Shown: positions 24,728 through 37,200 of the stretch, in pieces
How the letters are laid out: every line of letters starts with the position of its first letter
How positions within the stretch are numbered: the stretch's first letter is position 1
Source of the DNA: Selaginella moellendorffii
Taxonomy: Eukaryota; Plantae; Lycopodiophyta
Length of the DNA: 64,000 nt
Assembly: GCF_000143415.4 (NCBI RefSeq)
Contig: NW_003314283.1
Coordinates: 26,407 to 90,406, forward strand
Reading direction: 5' to 3'
The notes under the pieces: model-generated
What the model was told of the DNA's origin: nothing
Seen by the model: only the letters and a program-made list of their open reading frames with translations
The model's database searches: none
Translations under genes and position numbers: made by a program

Positions 24728-25699
24728 TCAACAATGTCTATATAGTATGCAAAGGTCTCCTAAAATAATATATATGATGAAACCTATGATAAACTTCTGG
24801 AAAATACTAGTACTCGCTATGACTTTTTCTTCTTTGACCATAGGAACTACCACCTCTTTTTCCTCCTCAATATCTTGTGGTTTCACTCTAAAATACATTG
24901 ATTTTAAAGCTTGTGCCGCTGTAAGCCTTTTATCTGGATCCCAAGCGAGCAAACCCTGTAACAAGTTCACTGCATCGTTATCTTCAATTTTCATAGACCA
25001 ATCCTTCTCAGGTAACTTCTTCATCTTGTCCATCACCTTTGCCTCGTCTTCCTCCCAACTCAAATTGTAATTTCTATAACCACCAAAAGGCTTCTTTCCC
25101 AAGAGTAGCACTGCAAACACCACTCCAGCACCCCACATGTCCACACCTTTCCCAAACTTCTCAATCTCTTTGGAGATAACTTCGGGAGCCCTGAATCCCA
25201 ATGATCCAATATGTACGGTTGGTGGAGTTGAGAGCTTCCTCGCACAGCCAAAATCTCCCAATTTCACCACAAAGTTGTTGCTATTGAGCTCAAATTTGAG
25301 ACACTCGGGTAGGATGTCCTGATGCACAACTTCTCGCTCATGCAAGCTTGCCAAACCCACTAGGAGCTGCCGCATGGTTTCCTTAATCCAACCCACTTTG
25401 GAGAGCTTGTAACGCAGTCGCTCATCCTTATTAAACTCCCTGATATCCCAGAGGTGCTCGAGAACTAGGTAACCTCCATCTTCTTCCTTGCCCATGTCGA
25501 GAACTTTCACGACGTTCTCATGCTTGCACTCCCTCATGAGTTCAAACTCTCGGACATAGTCATACAATTCATTGTCCACGCTCTTGATTAAAACTTTCTC
25601 ACCTTCTTGATCACAGGCCACTCTCAGCACACAACCCAGCTTGCCAACCTTTTGCTCGTCATTGCAAAAACTATATTTCCCCAGTACCTTCGACTCCAT
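24728..25699 (-). CDS. Intronless CMGC(CDK/MAPK)-like protein kinase or pseudokinase with C-terminal hydrophobic tail
   Basis: VLIK, REFELM..CKHENVV, HQDILPEC (altered catalytic loop), KLGDFG, GFRAPE, DMWGAGVVF, LLAWDPDKRLTAAQAL; tail FIIGFIIYIILGDLCILY. Confidence 0.8.
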   Translation of the reverse strand: MESKVLGKYSFCNDEQKVGKLGCVLRVACDQEGEKVLIKSVDNELYDYVREFELMRECKHENVVKVLDMGKEEDGGYLVLEHLWDIREFNKDERLRYKLSKVGWIKETMRQLLVGLASLHEREVVHQDILPECLKFELNSNNFVVKLGDFGCARKLSTPPTVHIGSLGFRAPEVISKEIEKFGKGVDMWGAGVVFAVLLLGKKPFGGYRNYNLSWEEDEAKVMDKMKKLPEKDWSMKIEDNDAVNLLQGLLAWDPDKRLTAAQALKSMYFRVKPQDIEEEKEVVVPMVKEEKVIASTSIFQKFIIGFIIYIILGDLCILYRHC

Positions 25700-26654
25700 G
25701 ACAGAAGCCCTAGCTTGATTCCTAAACACTACTTTATATAGTTTCAACTCAAAAGGTTTTCTATCCTTTTCCTAATTCAGCTAGCTTAGAAAATAAAGAT
25801 TGAGAAAATTTTTGGTTTAGCTTCCCTCACATAAAACGTGAAACAAACACACTCAAGGGTGCAAATTCCAATAAGTTATGGTCACAAATCCTATCGCTCT
25901 TCCCACTTCACTGGCATTGATAACAGCTGCGTATCCATTGTAGCATGGGAGAACTTTGGGCTTGATCGATTAAAGTCGCAGTGTTTCTACTGCAGAATTA
26001 TCATCTACCAAGTCGCAGTGTTCTTACATTTTAAAGAAGTACCGAAGAAGGAAAGAGAAAATGTACCTTGTCAAGTGCCAGATGATTAGAATGCCTGCTT
26101 CGAACTATCGCTATGAGTGATTTCATTACTTAGACTGCGAGCTTGCAAAACTCAGTCGCTTCTAAGCACCTGGCGCGAGCCACAGGAGAAAGAGTTATAG
26201 AAACGAAAGAACATAAGAAGACGCACCACGAAGAAAGCCAAATGTCCAAAATAACAACAACTACTTGTTCTGCCATGAAATAAGATGACGACGTAGAGAA
26301 GCGACCCGTTTGCGACGACAAGGAAAATCGAGTTATAAGTAGCGTGAGTTCTCTAGCAACAATGTTTAAGTTGAAAGAGAAGCTTTTTTATATTTTACCT
26401 GTTATCACCGCCAATATCACCAGCAGCAGCTACGTGCTCAGAGTGTAAGCTTGCGCAAGGATAGTTGGTGTCTCCAAGCGCAAGGATCTCCCTGTTCATC
26501 TCTACGTGAGGGTTCTCAATTGAAGCTCATCAAGGCAAAGAGCTCGTGATTCACTGCCGGGATGTGGCCAACTGGGACACTGAGCCCAAGATACGAATCC
26601 TTTGCGGGAGTTTTAATCACTTATCTATTTTTGATGATTTAATCTTCTTTACAT

Positions 26655-26918
26655 CAGTGCGGATCGCGAGAAGCAATCGCGTTATAACCTCTCAGATAAA
26701 AACTCCTGTTGTTTCTAACAGGTATGACGGTCTCGCTTCCGTGCAAAGCCGCCAGCGAGCGGCCATTCTGGCAAGCCACGGACGAGCAGGGGAGGTTCTC
26801 TCTCAACATTCCATCGCAAATCTCCGTCTCAGGCGATGATTCAAGCTCTGTGCTGCGAGCGTCGCAGCCGGGCATAACAATCATGGAACATTGCCGTATC
26901 TCTCGACTGATTAAATAG
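26655..26918 (+). pseudogene. Pollen Ole e 1-like domain relic
   Basis: ..YNLS|GMTVSLPCK....QATDEQGRFSLNIP resembles the Ole e 1 GAxVxLxC..TDxxGxF motif. The intron donor reads AT instead of GT. The paralogue at about 46945-47235 has an in-frame stop and indels. Confidence 0.5.
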
Positions 26919-27015
26919 AAATAAAAAGAGTTAAAATAAAGGTTCACTATAGCAATCTGGAAAAATACAAATGGCAAAAGGTGGCGGAGAAAACGTTGTA
27001 AAATTACCGAAGATT

Positions 27016-28459
27016 CTAGCGAATTATTTTCTTCGTCAAGCTCCTGGTCCCATTGTTCGCTACTCCCTTGGTCCCCAAGATCTGGGTGACCACGTTGTAG
27101 ATCTCCACATTGACGAACGCTTCCACCTGTTTGCCTCTCGCGAACCTCGGCCCCGCCGCGAAGAACACCGCCAGAGTGTTGTCGTAGCCGTGCGCGCCAC
27201 CGCAGTCCGGCCCGCTCGGCCGCTTCACCACCACCTTGTATCCCTCGGCCACCATCCCGATGATCGGCGAGATCCTGTCACTGCCCGAGTAGTGCAGCCG
27301 CGCTGGCAGCTCCTCCCGGACGAACACCTTCAGGAACTTCCCATTCGCGACTTTGCCGGAAGCAAGCGCAGCGTTGAGCGCCGCCACAATCCTCTTGAGC
27401 TTCTTCGCGGCGAGGCGAGCCGGGGGGCGGATCGCCAGCACCGGGGTGACGCTCTCGATCCACTCCGCCGGGAGTTTGGTGTTGGCCGCGGCCGAGAGCT
27501 CGTCCAGGGAGATGATCTTGGTGTCGCACGTCCCCACGAAGCCATGGTCGCTCACCATGATCACGTTCACGTCCTGGAGGATCTTCCGCCGCTCGAGACC
27601 GTCGAGCAGCCTTCCAAGCACGGCGTCCACTCTGGTGACGGCGTCGCTGATCTCTGGCGAGTCCGGGCCGACAGTGTGAGCTTCCGCATCGGGGTCCTCG
27701 ATGTAAACCGCGATCAAGCTCGGCCTCTGTGCTTCCGGTAAATCCACCCAGCTCAGGACAGTATCGGTGCGGGTGGCGAAAGGAACGGACTCGTTGTAGC
27801 GGTGACAGTAAGCCGGAGGACACGTCCATTTGCCTTTGGCCACCTCGGAACCCGGCCAGAAGTAAGTTGCTGCTTTGAGGCCATGGTTGACAACTGTTTC
27901 CCACATAGGCTCGCCGAGCCACCACTTCGGATTTGTATCGTTCTTCATGAAGAAAGTTTTTCTTGAGGCGTCGGTGGGGTCTCGAAAGGAGTTCAAGATA
28001 ATACCGTGCCAAGCAGGATAGAGACCTGCCACCATTTAAACAAGGCTGAGAAGAGAAAATAAAGGCTTTCATACCAGTTGCGATGGAGTAGTGGTTCGGG
28101 AATGTAATGCTCGGGTACACTGGAAACATCCCAGGATAGGCCTCGGTTCCATCTCTCTTCAAACGATCAATGTTGGGAGTTGCAACCTTCCACTGGTAAC
28201 CCCATCTAAAACCGTCTGCAGAGAGCAGGATGACAAGTGGTTGCTTCAAAATCTTGAGCGAGTGCGAGACAGTAGAGCGCGAATCAACTCGCATTGCAGA
28301 TTTGTGGCATGAAGAGAGCGAGACTGAGAGGAGTACGACTGCCACTGCAAGAACAAGGCAAAGGACTGCGCCAACGTAAATGGTATAACTAGCCTTTATC
28401 GAAGTTCTTCCCTGCCGCTCGTTCTTCAAATCCGTCACAGCGCCTCCGTCATTCTTCAT
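27016..28459 (-). CDS. Ectonucleotide pyrophosphatase/phosphodiesterase (NPP) copy A1, with a 12-bp in-frame deletion
   Basis: Type II TM anchor; LLSADGFRW, PSITFPNHYSIATG|LYPAWHGI (49-nt intron 28026-28074), YIEDPDAEAH, VSDHG, GAHGYDN. Lacks the SMRA present in copy A2. Confidence 0.85.
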
Positions 28460-28732
28460 AGCGGCAAGCTACGAGCAAGAATCACGCCTGCTCGAGGAAA
28501 AAAGAACGCAAACAAATAACACAGCAGTAGGAGATACTATACCTTCGAGAGGAGAACTCAAGAGGACTCGAAACTCTGTCTGACAAAAAAATCGTGCTTG
28601 AAGCACTCGAGAATGAATCTTAAAAGATGTCACTTTACAAGCACTATTGCCCGTGCACTTATTCACCGTTGAAGCTGCAATGTTAGCTAGAGATTAGAAG
28701 TACAATAGAAGAAACTCACCATGGTTAGAGGG

Positions 28733-29428
28733 CTACTTAGAGAGGAGGATACTCTGGGGAAAAGCTGTCGTTCCGTTGTTACTGGTCCCGTTGATCCCGA
28801 GAATAGTTGCAATCACGTTGTACACCTCCACGTTAACGAAAGACGGCACCTTCTTTCCCCTGGCAAACTGCGGCCCATGCCTGATGAAAATCGTCCTCAT
28901 CGAAACCAAAAGATTGTCGTAGCCGTGAGCGCCTCCACACTCTGTGTGAGTCTTCCTGGGACGTGTCAACTCGACTTTGTAGCCTTCTTCCACCATCCCA
29001 ATAATCGGCTGGATCCTGTCACTCGCGGAGTAGTGCAACCTCGAAGGTAGATCTTCTTTCAAGTAGACTTGCAGGAACTCCCCGTTCGCCACACTACCAG
29101 AAGCCAGCCCCTGCTTCATCTTCTCCACCACGACCTTTGCGTCAACGTCGAGAGGCAGAGTGATTGCGAGCACCGGACTTGTCGAATTCACCCACTCCTT
29201 TGGAATTTGGATCCAGCGTTCCAAGTCTTCCAAGAAGATCAGCTTCTTATCGCAAGTTCCAACCATGCCATGGTCGCCAACCATGATGATCGTCACCTCT
29301 TCCTGGTGATGGCAGCGCTGATCTGAGGTGCATCTGGTCCTACTTGGTGGCCTTCTTCATCCTGTTCTTTGAAGTAGAGCCCCATGAAACTTGGCCGCTG
29401 TGGAAGATCAAGGTATCCCAGAACAGCG
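28733..29428 (-). pseudogene. ENPP copy B1, 5'-truncated pseudogene
   Basis: Near-identical to the 3' part of B2. It has a 55-nt frameshifting deletion at about 29303 and has lost about 0.8 kb including all of exon 1 (junction aacagcGTaatg at about 29428). Confidence 0.9.
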
Positions 29429-29646
29429 TAATGCTTATATTAGTAAATTAATAAAATAGATTTAAGTTACAGCTAGATGTTTCTTGTGAAAGTGGTTTTT
29501 CTTGTGTTTGTATTCTCTTTACTATGTGGTATCTCTTGAATTTTTTTTAGATAATAATTATACATGTTTACTCCATCATTCCTTATTTGCATGTAGTGGT
29601 TGCTTGAGAAATGTATATACTAATGTATTCTGTAATTTACGTGGTC

Positions 29647-30099
29647 CATAGTTACGAACACGAACACGGAACATGAACACGAGCCTCAGATTTCAGGAAC
29701 CCGAACACGGAACACGATCACGGCCCACGATGGCTCACGAATATTCTACTGAATATTCTAAGAATATGTTATTTAAAAATTATATTCTATTTCTTATTAT
29801 ATTATTATAGGAATGATTTCGCGAAAAAGGATGCTTTCGCAGTATGCTGGATTGCTGCGCCATGCTTGTTTGCCTTGGATTGCTGCTGCTGTGCCCTGAA
29901 ATGGTGCGCCCTGGCTGGATTGTCGTGTGATGCCGTGCGCCCTAAAACCAGAATATTCCGCGCAAGAATATTCTGAACAGTGGTCCGTGTTACTAACACG
30001 GACCACTGTTCACGAACACGGCCGTGGGAACACGACCCATGGCCGTGTTCGTGAAACACGGTGAACACGGCCGGGATCCCGGCCGTGTTCGTAACACTG
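29647..30099. mobile_element. Non-autonomous hAT-type MITE (453 bp)
   Basis: 8-bp TSD ACGTGGTC (29639-29646 and 30100-30107). TIRs CATAGTTACGAACACG / CGTGTTCGTAACACTG. Dense subterminal GAACACG(G) repeats. Absent from unit 2. Confidence 0.93.
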
Positions 30100-30152
30100 A
30101 CGTGGTCTAATGCCTCCAGCAATGAGACAAAAAACATGTATTATTTGTATCT

Positions 30153-30485
30153 TTATCCAGAGGTACAACAGTGGAGGGTGCCATCCAAATTCTCTGCTTT
30201 CGAGTTAATCTCGACCTCGTTGTTTTCTTTGTCATAGCAGTAGAGTCTGTATTGATGTATAGAATCTAATTCACATGACTTAATGTTGTGATCACACGAC
30301 TCTAATGTAACTTTTGAAGGCACCATTCCACCGTCAAAATTCTTGCAATCAGCATGGATTTCTTGATCGATAATAGCAAGTATATTACAAGTATCCAGCC
30401 AGAGGCCACCACAAAATCTGTGTGAAAAACACTCGTAACAAGAAAGATATGATACCAATAGAACAATTAACCATAAGCCTCTCAT
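30153..30485 (-). CDS. Secreted Cys-rich cyanovirin-N-like (CVNH-like) protein, copy 1
   Basis: Signal peptide; WLDTC..(x)..IHADCKNFDGGMVPSKVTLE and EVEINSKAENLDGTL match the CVN repeat motifs (F..TC...L.A.C....G....S.I.L and I.L...I.N.DG.L). 8 Cys in the mature part. TATA box (tttataaat) at about 30546-30554. Confidence 0.72.
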   Translation of the reverse strand: MRGLWLIVLLVSYLSCYECFSHRFCGGLWLDTCNILAIIDQEIHADCKNFDGGMVPSKVTLESCDHNIKSCELDSIHQYRLYCYDKENNEVEINSKAENLDGTLHCCTSG

Positions 30486-30589
30486 ATTAATAGTGTAGCC
30501 TGAACTACAAGTGGATTATTGATAGAATAGAATGTAAACTGAGCATTTATAAATCTCTACCTTGCTTAAGTAACCTTTACTTCTACATT

Positions 30590-32450
30590 ATTTTTACACA
30601 CCAAAACTGCCATAGTGCCATTTGTCAAAAACATCTACAACAATGCTTCATATAGCGTGTTATTTGTAAATCCCCTGTGGACAAAACCCAAGTCCAAGTG
30701 GCATTCTTCAATTGGATGGAGTCCAGATGCCTATGAGATGAGCATATATGCAGTTAGAATGGTACATGACTATGAAATGATGAGTCATACATGCAGGTCA
30801 TATATGTGGCATGGATGATCTATACAACATCCCATTCATCATTGTTTAAGTGTGACTTAGGGTTTTGGGGAGGAAAGGGTTTTTGGAGCCATGTCATTCA
30901 ATTTCAATAGTGTAGTTGTTATGGCTGCGAAGTTGGTTTAGTTTTTTGGTGGTGACACATCCACAATGAGTAAGTTTTGCCCATAGCTCAAATTCGTGAA
31001 ATTGGACTCAGATACAAATGTTATAAACAAGTGTACTAATGGAAGATGAATAAAGTGTGGGATTGCTATTAAACTTCAATTCTAACATTTCTTCAACTAG
31101 TGAAAGAGAAGATGAAAATGGAGATTTTGACATTCTGATGATGAATAGATGAATTTCCAAATTAGAATGTCTTCATTATGGTACTTTTTGTAGGGTTTTA
31201 ATATTTTCTAGTGCAATGGCATTTCAAGTATGGATGCACTTAAAGATTCTCAAGACAAAGATCATGGCTTATCTTGCAAATTATTTGGGAATTATGTGGC
31301 TAACATTGTATAATTATATGCAGATGGTGGATACAAATTGGAGGAGGGTGTACCATAAAATAGTGACAGAGGAAGTTCTTAACCATGTTTAGATTAATAT
31401 TCTCATGAATCTTGCAAGGATAAATTAGGGAATTATTAACTCTCACTTTTGTTATTGAGTAGCTAATTACCATTTTAATAGGTATCAAATTCGTGAGGCA
31501 TTAATTTTATATGATCTAAGAAGGCTGCAAAGTAGGCATTTATCATAAATTCATCGACAGATCTACATTAATAAAACACCTTATACACTATTCCATATAG
31601 ATTATAAGTGTTTTTCTTCTGTCCCAACCATTTTTTTGTGTTTTTGTAACATACTGCAAACTTGTAACTTATAAATTTTATATCCATGCCATGATTTGTG
31701 GAGTAATGCATTTTATTGTGGCCTACTGGCTATTTACGACTAAAGAAGCCCATACTATTTTCAACACATATACACAAGCTATATGTCGTTTGGGAGGCCA
31801 AAACAAATAAAAAGTTATAATGCTCTAGAATACAATGGCATGGAAGTTGACATGATCCAGTGTTGGAGTGTAAAGGCAAGAAGCTTTATACACAAAATAT
31901 CAATATGAAACTAGGTAAGTAGTTTATATTTGCTTGAAGTTTACCTTTTTGGGAGTTTTTTTTAAAGTGTATCAAGCATTTATGGCAAGAATTGTACAAA
32001 TGAGAGTGGTATAGTTTTATAAGCATTTTTTTGAGTTTATGGAGGACATTAATATTCTCGATGTAAGCAGTGCAATAGCATAGGCAAAGCTTCAAAGTTT
32101 TGCAAAGGACATTGTTGATTAAGTTGTAATATAGAATTTACATGAGGTTTGTTTATTTAAATATGAATACTTTAGAACATCCCACATCCCTACTAATTTA
32201 TTCCAACCGATGGAGAAAAAACTCAGGTAAGATCAAGACTTTATTTTGCTAAGCATTTTAGCATTGGTTAAATTTTTATTTTTTACTTCAAAAGTAGTCC
32301 AAGCTTCTTCAAGAATGGATATTGAAGATTTGCCAAAAGAACTCATTTCTAGTGTTGATGAAGCAACTTTAAGGTATGTTAGTTTGCTTCAATTTGCATT
32401 TATTTTGCAAAGCCATTTTTCTTGTAGGATGTTAATTTTATAAAAGATTG
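30590..32450. repeat. AT-rich 1.9-kb degenerate block, copy 1 (probably transposon-derived)
   Basis: Colinear with 41706-43605. No intact ORF. Confidence 0.75.
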
Positions 32451-32771
32451 AGCATTTGCAATGCATAAGAAAGGCTTGGGTTTGGATGAATAGTATTTCT
32501 TTCATTTGGATCTATTTGTAGAGTATGTAATGGCTAAAGTGCAAGGTAATCTTGTAATATACATTAACATTGTATTGTCAACTGTAACTTCAATGAAAAG
32601 AAGAGCTTTACAAAAATTATAGTTGGCTACAGTAAGCAATAGATCCATTGAGTAAATAGAAAATCTAATCTAACAAATTGAATCTGTCATAAATTTGATT
32701 GTGGGTATTAAAAGTTATTTGTCGACTTAGTCCTTTCAGATATTCTTTCTGTATTACCGGGACAGCTATCT

Positions 32772-33091
32772 TTATCCAGAGGTACAACAATGGAGGGTGC
32801 CATTCAAATTCTCTACTTTTGAGTTAATCTTGACCTCGTTGTTTTCTTTGTCATAGCAGTAGAGTGTGTATTGATGTCTAGGATCTAATTCACATGACTT
32901 AATATTGTGATCACACAACTCTAATGCACCATTTCACCCTCAAAATTCTTGCAATCAGCATGGATTTCTTGATTGATAGTTCCATATATATTACAAGTAT
33001 CCATCCAGAGGCCACCACAAAATCTGTATGAGAAACACTCGTAACAAAAAAGATATGATACCAATAGAACAATTAACCATAAGCCTCTCAT
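32772..33091 (-). pseudogene. CVNH-like copy 2 (frameshifted)
   Basis: MRGLWLIVLLVSYLFCYECFSYRFCGGLWMDTC... A 13-nt deletion (taacttttgaagg) relative to copy 1 creates an early stop. The gypsy element is inserted about 105 bp upstream of the ATG. Confidence 0.9.
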
Positions 33092-33985
33092 ATTAATACT
33101 GTAGCCTGAACTACAATTAGATTATTGATAGAATGTAATGTAAATTAAGCATTTATAAATCTCTACCTTGCTCAAGTAACCTCTACTTTTACACTATTGT
33201 AAGCCATAAATTTTTCCTTTTGAATTTGCTAGCTTACCTTGTCTATCCGACTAACACTGCCTTGGCCTTAGCTAAGTTCCCTCACCAAGATTTCTGCCTA
33301 TTGTACCAGCTCCTACTTAGTCCTACTTGGTTTCAACTACTCACTGCATGAGCAACAGAGTGTTAGCCATCCATTCACAGATTCCTAAATCTCTCCCAAT
33401 CCCCCTCTCTGGGTTAGACTAGATTTAAGGTTTGGCTACACTCCTCACAAGCACAAATAACTAAGCACACCAAACCTCCAAGTTCCTAACATCCCTTGGT
33501 ACAACAAGACTTGATTATGGGACCCTCTAAATCCCAAGCCTTGGGTGCAATACTTGCTTCGGGACGTCGCGGGGAAACACCGTGGCCTAATAGCCCAGTA
33601 TGGGTACCTCTACCCCCTTATTTCCATCTCGAAAGGAAGGCCCAAACTCTTAGGAAAGGTGAGGATTAATGAGCCGTAAAGTACTCAAGTGAGGCACCAC
33701 TCCACATGAGCCAAGAGCACCATAGTCAGTTTCCCTTCTGGGAGTGGGAGCTACTCTTGATCACTTCCTTGGGTGGCCCATCTGGCACCACCTGAGTCCA
33801 TGCTTACTCCCACCCAAGGCCCCTTGGCCCCAGTTTCAACCTCAAGTCAATTTGGAAGCACCACTAGAGAGTTCTTTCAAGACTGGTTTCTGGACCTCAC
33901 TATCCCTCATATACTTTTGGAACCCCCTGCAGCCCCCCCCTGGGAAACACACACTTTGGGCTTTCACCCCATGACTTGTATTAGT

Positions 33986-34202
33986 ATTCGGACTCGATCT
34001 CGAACTCAATCTTGAACTCAACTTTAGACTTGACTTTAGACTCTGTCTCGGACTCGATCTTGGACTCGATCTCGGACCTGACCTTGGACTTTGTCTCGGA
34101 CTCGGTCTCGGACCCGATATTGGATCTCAGACTCGATCTCAAACTCGGTCTTGGACTTGAACTCGGTCTTAGAGTCGGTCTCGCACTCGATCTCGGACTC
34201 AG
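33986..34202. repeat. 6/12-bp tandem array (CTCGGA/CTCGAT-type) inside the LTR; second copy at 41414-41622
   Basis: Repeated ggactcgatctc units, which produce the spurious SR/ETES-rich ORFs. Confidence 0.85.
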
Positions 34203-37200
34203 TTTCATCTGATGAACTCTTTATCATTTTTGTTGTGCCTTTAGGGATCCTTTAGCCTTTAACACCTCGGGGAGTTGGTTTCTTACAACTCTACCACCCA
34301 TAGAAGAAGTTCGATACCTACATTGAACGTCTCTTTTTAATCCTACGACTTATTGACCATATCTCCAAGGGCATCCCCCCACTTAGCGGTATGCCTAAGT
34401 TAGCCTCCCCAGCCAAGAGCCCATGACAATGGAATATAGGTGTCTCTATACCCCTCACCTCACCACGCCCTAGTATGGGGTTGAGACTTGAAACTAGCTT
34501 TGCTTTACTAGGGGGTTGAAACTCGAACCCAACCTCCATGGAATACATCTACGGATTTGACATCCCCGCGAGGAGTTAGGTGTAGGAGTTTTCCCTACGC
34601 ATGGTCGACCTAGTTAACCTATGCTAATTAGCTTACCTTCAGCATGTCTTTAGGTCCCAACATATGCCATTGCTCAACTTTACAAATTGATACTTTAATT
34701 GAGCTTTGCATAAGTACATAGAGTTTTGCTTTGTAGAAATTCCTCCACTGCGTTCACTAGGCTTTCCTTCGGTTCACATGTTGCTTCGAGTGTGAAAATC
34801 CTTTCCACTTCACATGGAACTCCCTCACCTCGCGTCTTTGTTGCTTACTCTTGCGCACATTAAGGATGGCCTCAACTTTGTATTCCTCTTCCCCTTGGAT
34901 AACCTCAAGTAAAAGTCTTACTTGATCCTTACGAAGTGGATCCTCAAAGTACAGCTTGTGTAAGTTCACATGGAATACTGGGTTGCATCTTCCCCATCTC
35001 TCGAGGAAGTTGGAGGTGGTAAGCCACTTTACCAATTCATGCCTCAATCTTCGTGTCTCAATCGCAGGCCCCGCGAACCTGCTTAAGGAACTCAAGATCA
35101 GTTCATTTCTAGGAATACATGCATTTTTACCTTTGGGTCAACTTCCGACTGATCCCACTTGGTAGCTTTAGGTTTTTGGTGTTCAGCCACACCTTCTCCC
35201 CAGTTTGGAACTTTACATCCTAGTGCTTTTGGTTCGCGTACTTGGTTTGACTTTGTTGAGCCCGTTCTAAGGAATCCTTCATTAAATTCCAAATATTGAG
35301 TCTTTCCACCGTGAACACCTCCACCACAAGTAACTCTCCATGATACTCGGTTATGCCGAGTTCCACAGGACCTTCAATAACTCGCCCATTGACGACTTCC
35401 CATAGATTTACCCCAATACTCGAATGTGGTGAATTGTTATAACACATTTCCGCAAGTCCCAAATGACTTACCTAATTAGTTTGGTCTCTTGAGACATAGC
35501 ATCGCAAATAATCCTCCAGCTGCCTATTCACCCTTTCTGTTTATCCATTTGTCAAGAAGTGTTATCACCATCAAATTTGACTTAATACTGAATACCTGTC
35601 TGTGGGTGATATATGGTGCTGAATTTTAACTTGGTGTGATACTGTTCCAAGAGAGTTCTCCAGAACCTATTGGTGAAGATTTTATCTTAATTTGAGATAA
35701 TCTCTTCTGGCCTTCCTCGGACTTAAACTACTTGTTCGAAGAACAACTTCGCCACACCTTTCGCATCCACTTCCATTGTGGTGGGTATGAAATGTGCCAT
35801 CTTCGAAAATCGATTCACCACCACAAATATCACATCAAACCCCTCACTTTGGAGGAATCCCATGATGAAGTCTATCGTAAGACATTCCCATGGACAATTT
35901 GGAATTGAGATACTTTGTAACAAGCCCTCACTAGCCTTAGTTACAACTTTGACTTGCTGATATGTTGGACATGTCTTTACATAGTCTTAGACATTCTTAG
36001 CCATATTTGGTCAATGATACTTCCCTTTGAATAAACCCATTGTCTTGGGCACTTCGCTGTGTCTCGCAAAAGGTCCATCATGACACTCTTCTAAGGCTAC
36101 TTTCCTTAGTTCCCCTTCTAGAACATACACCCTCGTTTATTTATAATAGATGAGTCTATTGTGTTCTGCATAACCTATTTTCTCTTCTGTTAGCAGCTCA
36201 CCTCTCTAGTGGGCTTCTCGCGCCTTTTGGTTCCTTAGCAACACTTCTTGTGCTAGACCATCGTTCTCATATGTTGTCCACACATCGTCTCAAAAAGTTG
36301 TCGTTGTGCTAAATATTGCTAACTTCAAGCTCGCTTTTTGACTTAGAGCGTCTGCCACGATGTTGCTCTTCCCAGATGTATACAAAATCTCGCAATCAAA
36401 CTTGGCTAAAGTATTGGCCCACCGACTTTGTTTCCTTCTCAGGTCGGGCTATGACAAGAAGTGTTTTGTTGCCACATTATCCATGTAAATTTTGAAGTGC
36501 TTCCCAAGGTAGTGTCGCCACTCCTTGAGCGCTTTGACCACCATAAATAATTCCTTCTTGTGGGCAGGCCACTTTCGTTAAGCCTTGTCCAACTTCTTCG
36601 AGAAGAACACCACTAGATGATTGTTTTGCTTCAAAACTGCGCCCAATGCAAAGTCTGAAGTATCCGTTTCTACCTCACAGTCCTTACCAAAGTCTGGTAA
36701 CACCAACACAGGAGTCTTTCTTAACTTCCCTTTGAGATGGACAAATGCCGCCTCGCATTTTGCTGTCTGTACCATCTTCCCTTTACCCATTTGGTTCGTT
36801 AAGGGTAGGGCTACTCTCAAATAGTGTTTAATAAACTTTTGGTAGTAGTTGCATAGCCCCAAGAACACCCTCAACTCATGTACATTCGATGGTTGTTTCT
36901 ATTCCTGAATCGCTTGGACCTTCTCAGGGTCCACTTTGAGCCCATCCTTGCCCACCACATGCCCGAGAAACTTTACCTCTTGTTGAGCAAAGTCATATTT
37001 GCTCTCTTTAGTATATAGCTTGTGTTCTCTTAGTTTCTCAAACACCTTCATCAAGTGTTTGGCATGCTCCTCTAGCGTCTTGCTATAGATCAGGATGTCG
37101 TTAATATAGACAACCACGAAATGATCCAGATAGAGTACAAAGATATGGTTCATCAATGCCAAAAACATTGCCGACACATTGCACAACCCAAAAGGCATCA

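Larger units (their letters stand above)
25900..30650. repeat. Segmental duplication unit 1 (Ole e 1 relic, ENPP-A, ENPP-B, CVNH-like)
   Basis: Colinear and near-identical to about 46120-51685 (for example ctcttcccacttc at the left and aaaaacatctacaacaatgc at the right). Ends are approximate. Confidence 0.88.

Noticed and set aside
25900-26560. Minus-strand exon-like fragments (also 46120-46860)
   Set aside because: Splice-like sites exist, but frames differ between the two copies and I could not assign a family.
27278-28459. 393-aa ORFs (also 47597-48778) as separate proteins
   Set aside because: They are ENPP exon 1 read through the 49-nt intron into a wrong frame.
29650-30095. GAACACG repeat cluster as a CRISPR array or satellite
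   Set aside because: There is no repeat-spacer periodicity and the DNA is eukaryotic. TIRs and an 8-bp TSD identify a hAT MITE.
33981-34227. SR-rich or ETES-rich ORFs (also 41424-41673)
   Set aside because: They are translations of the tandem array inside the LTRs.
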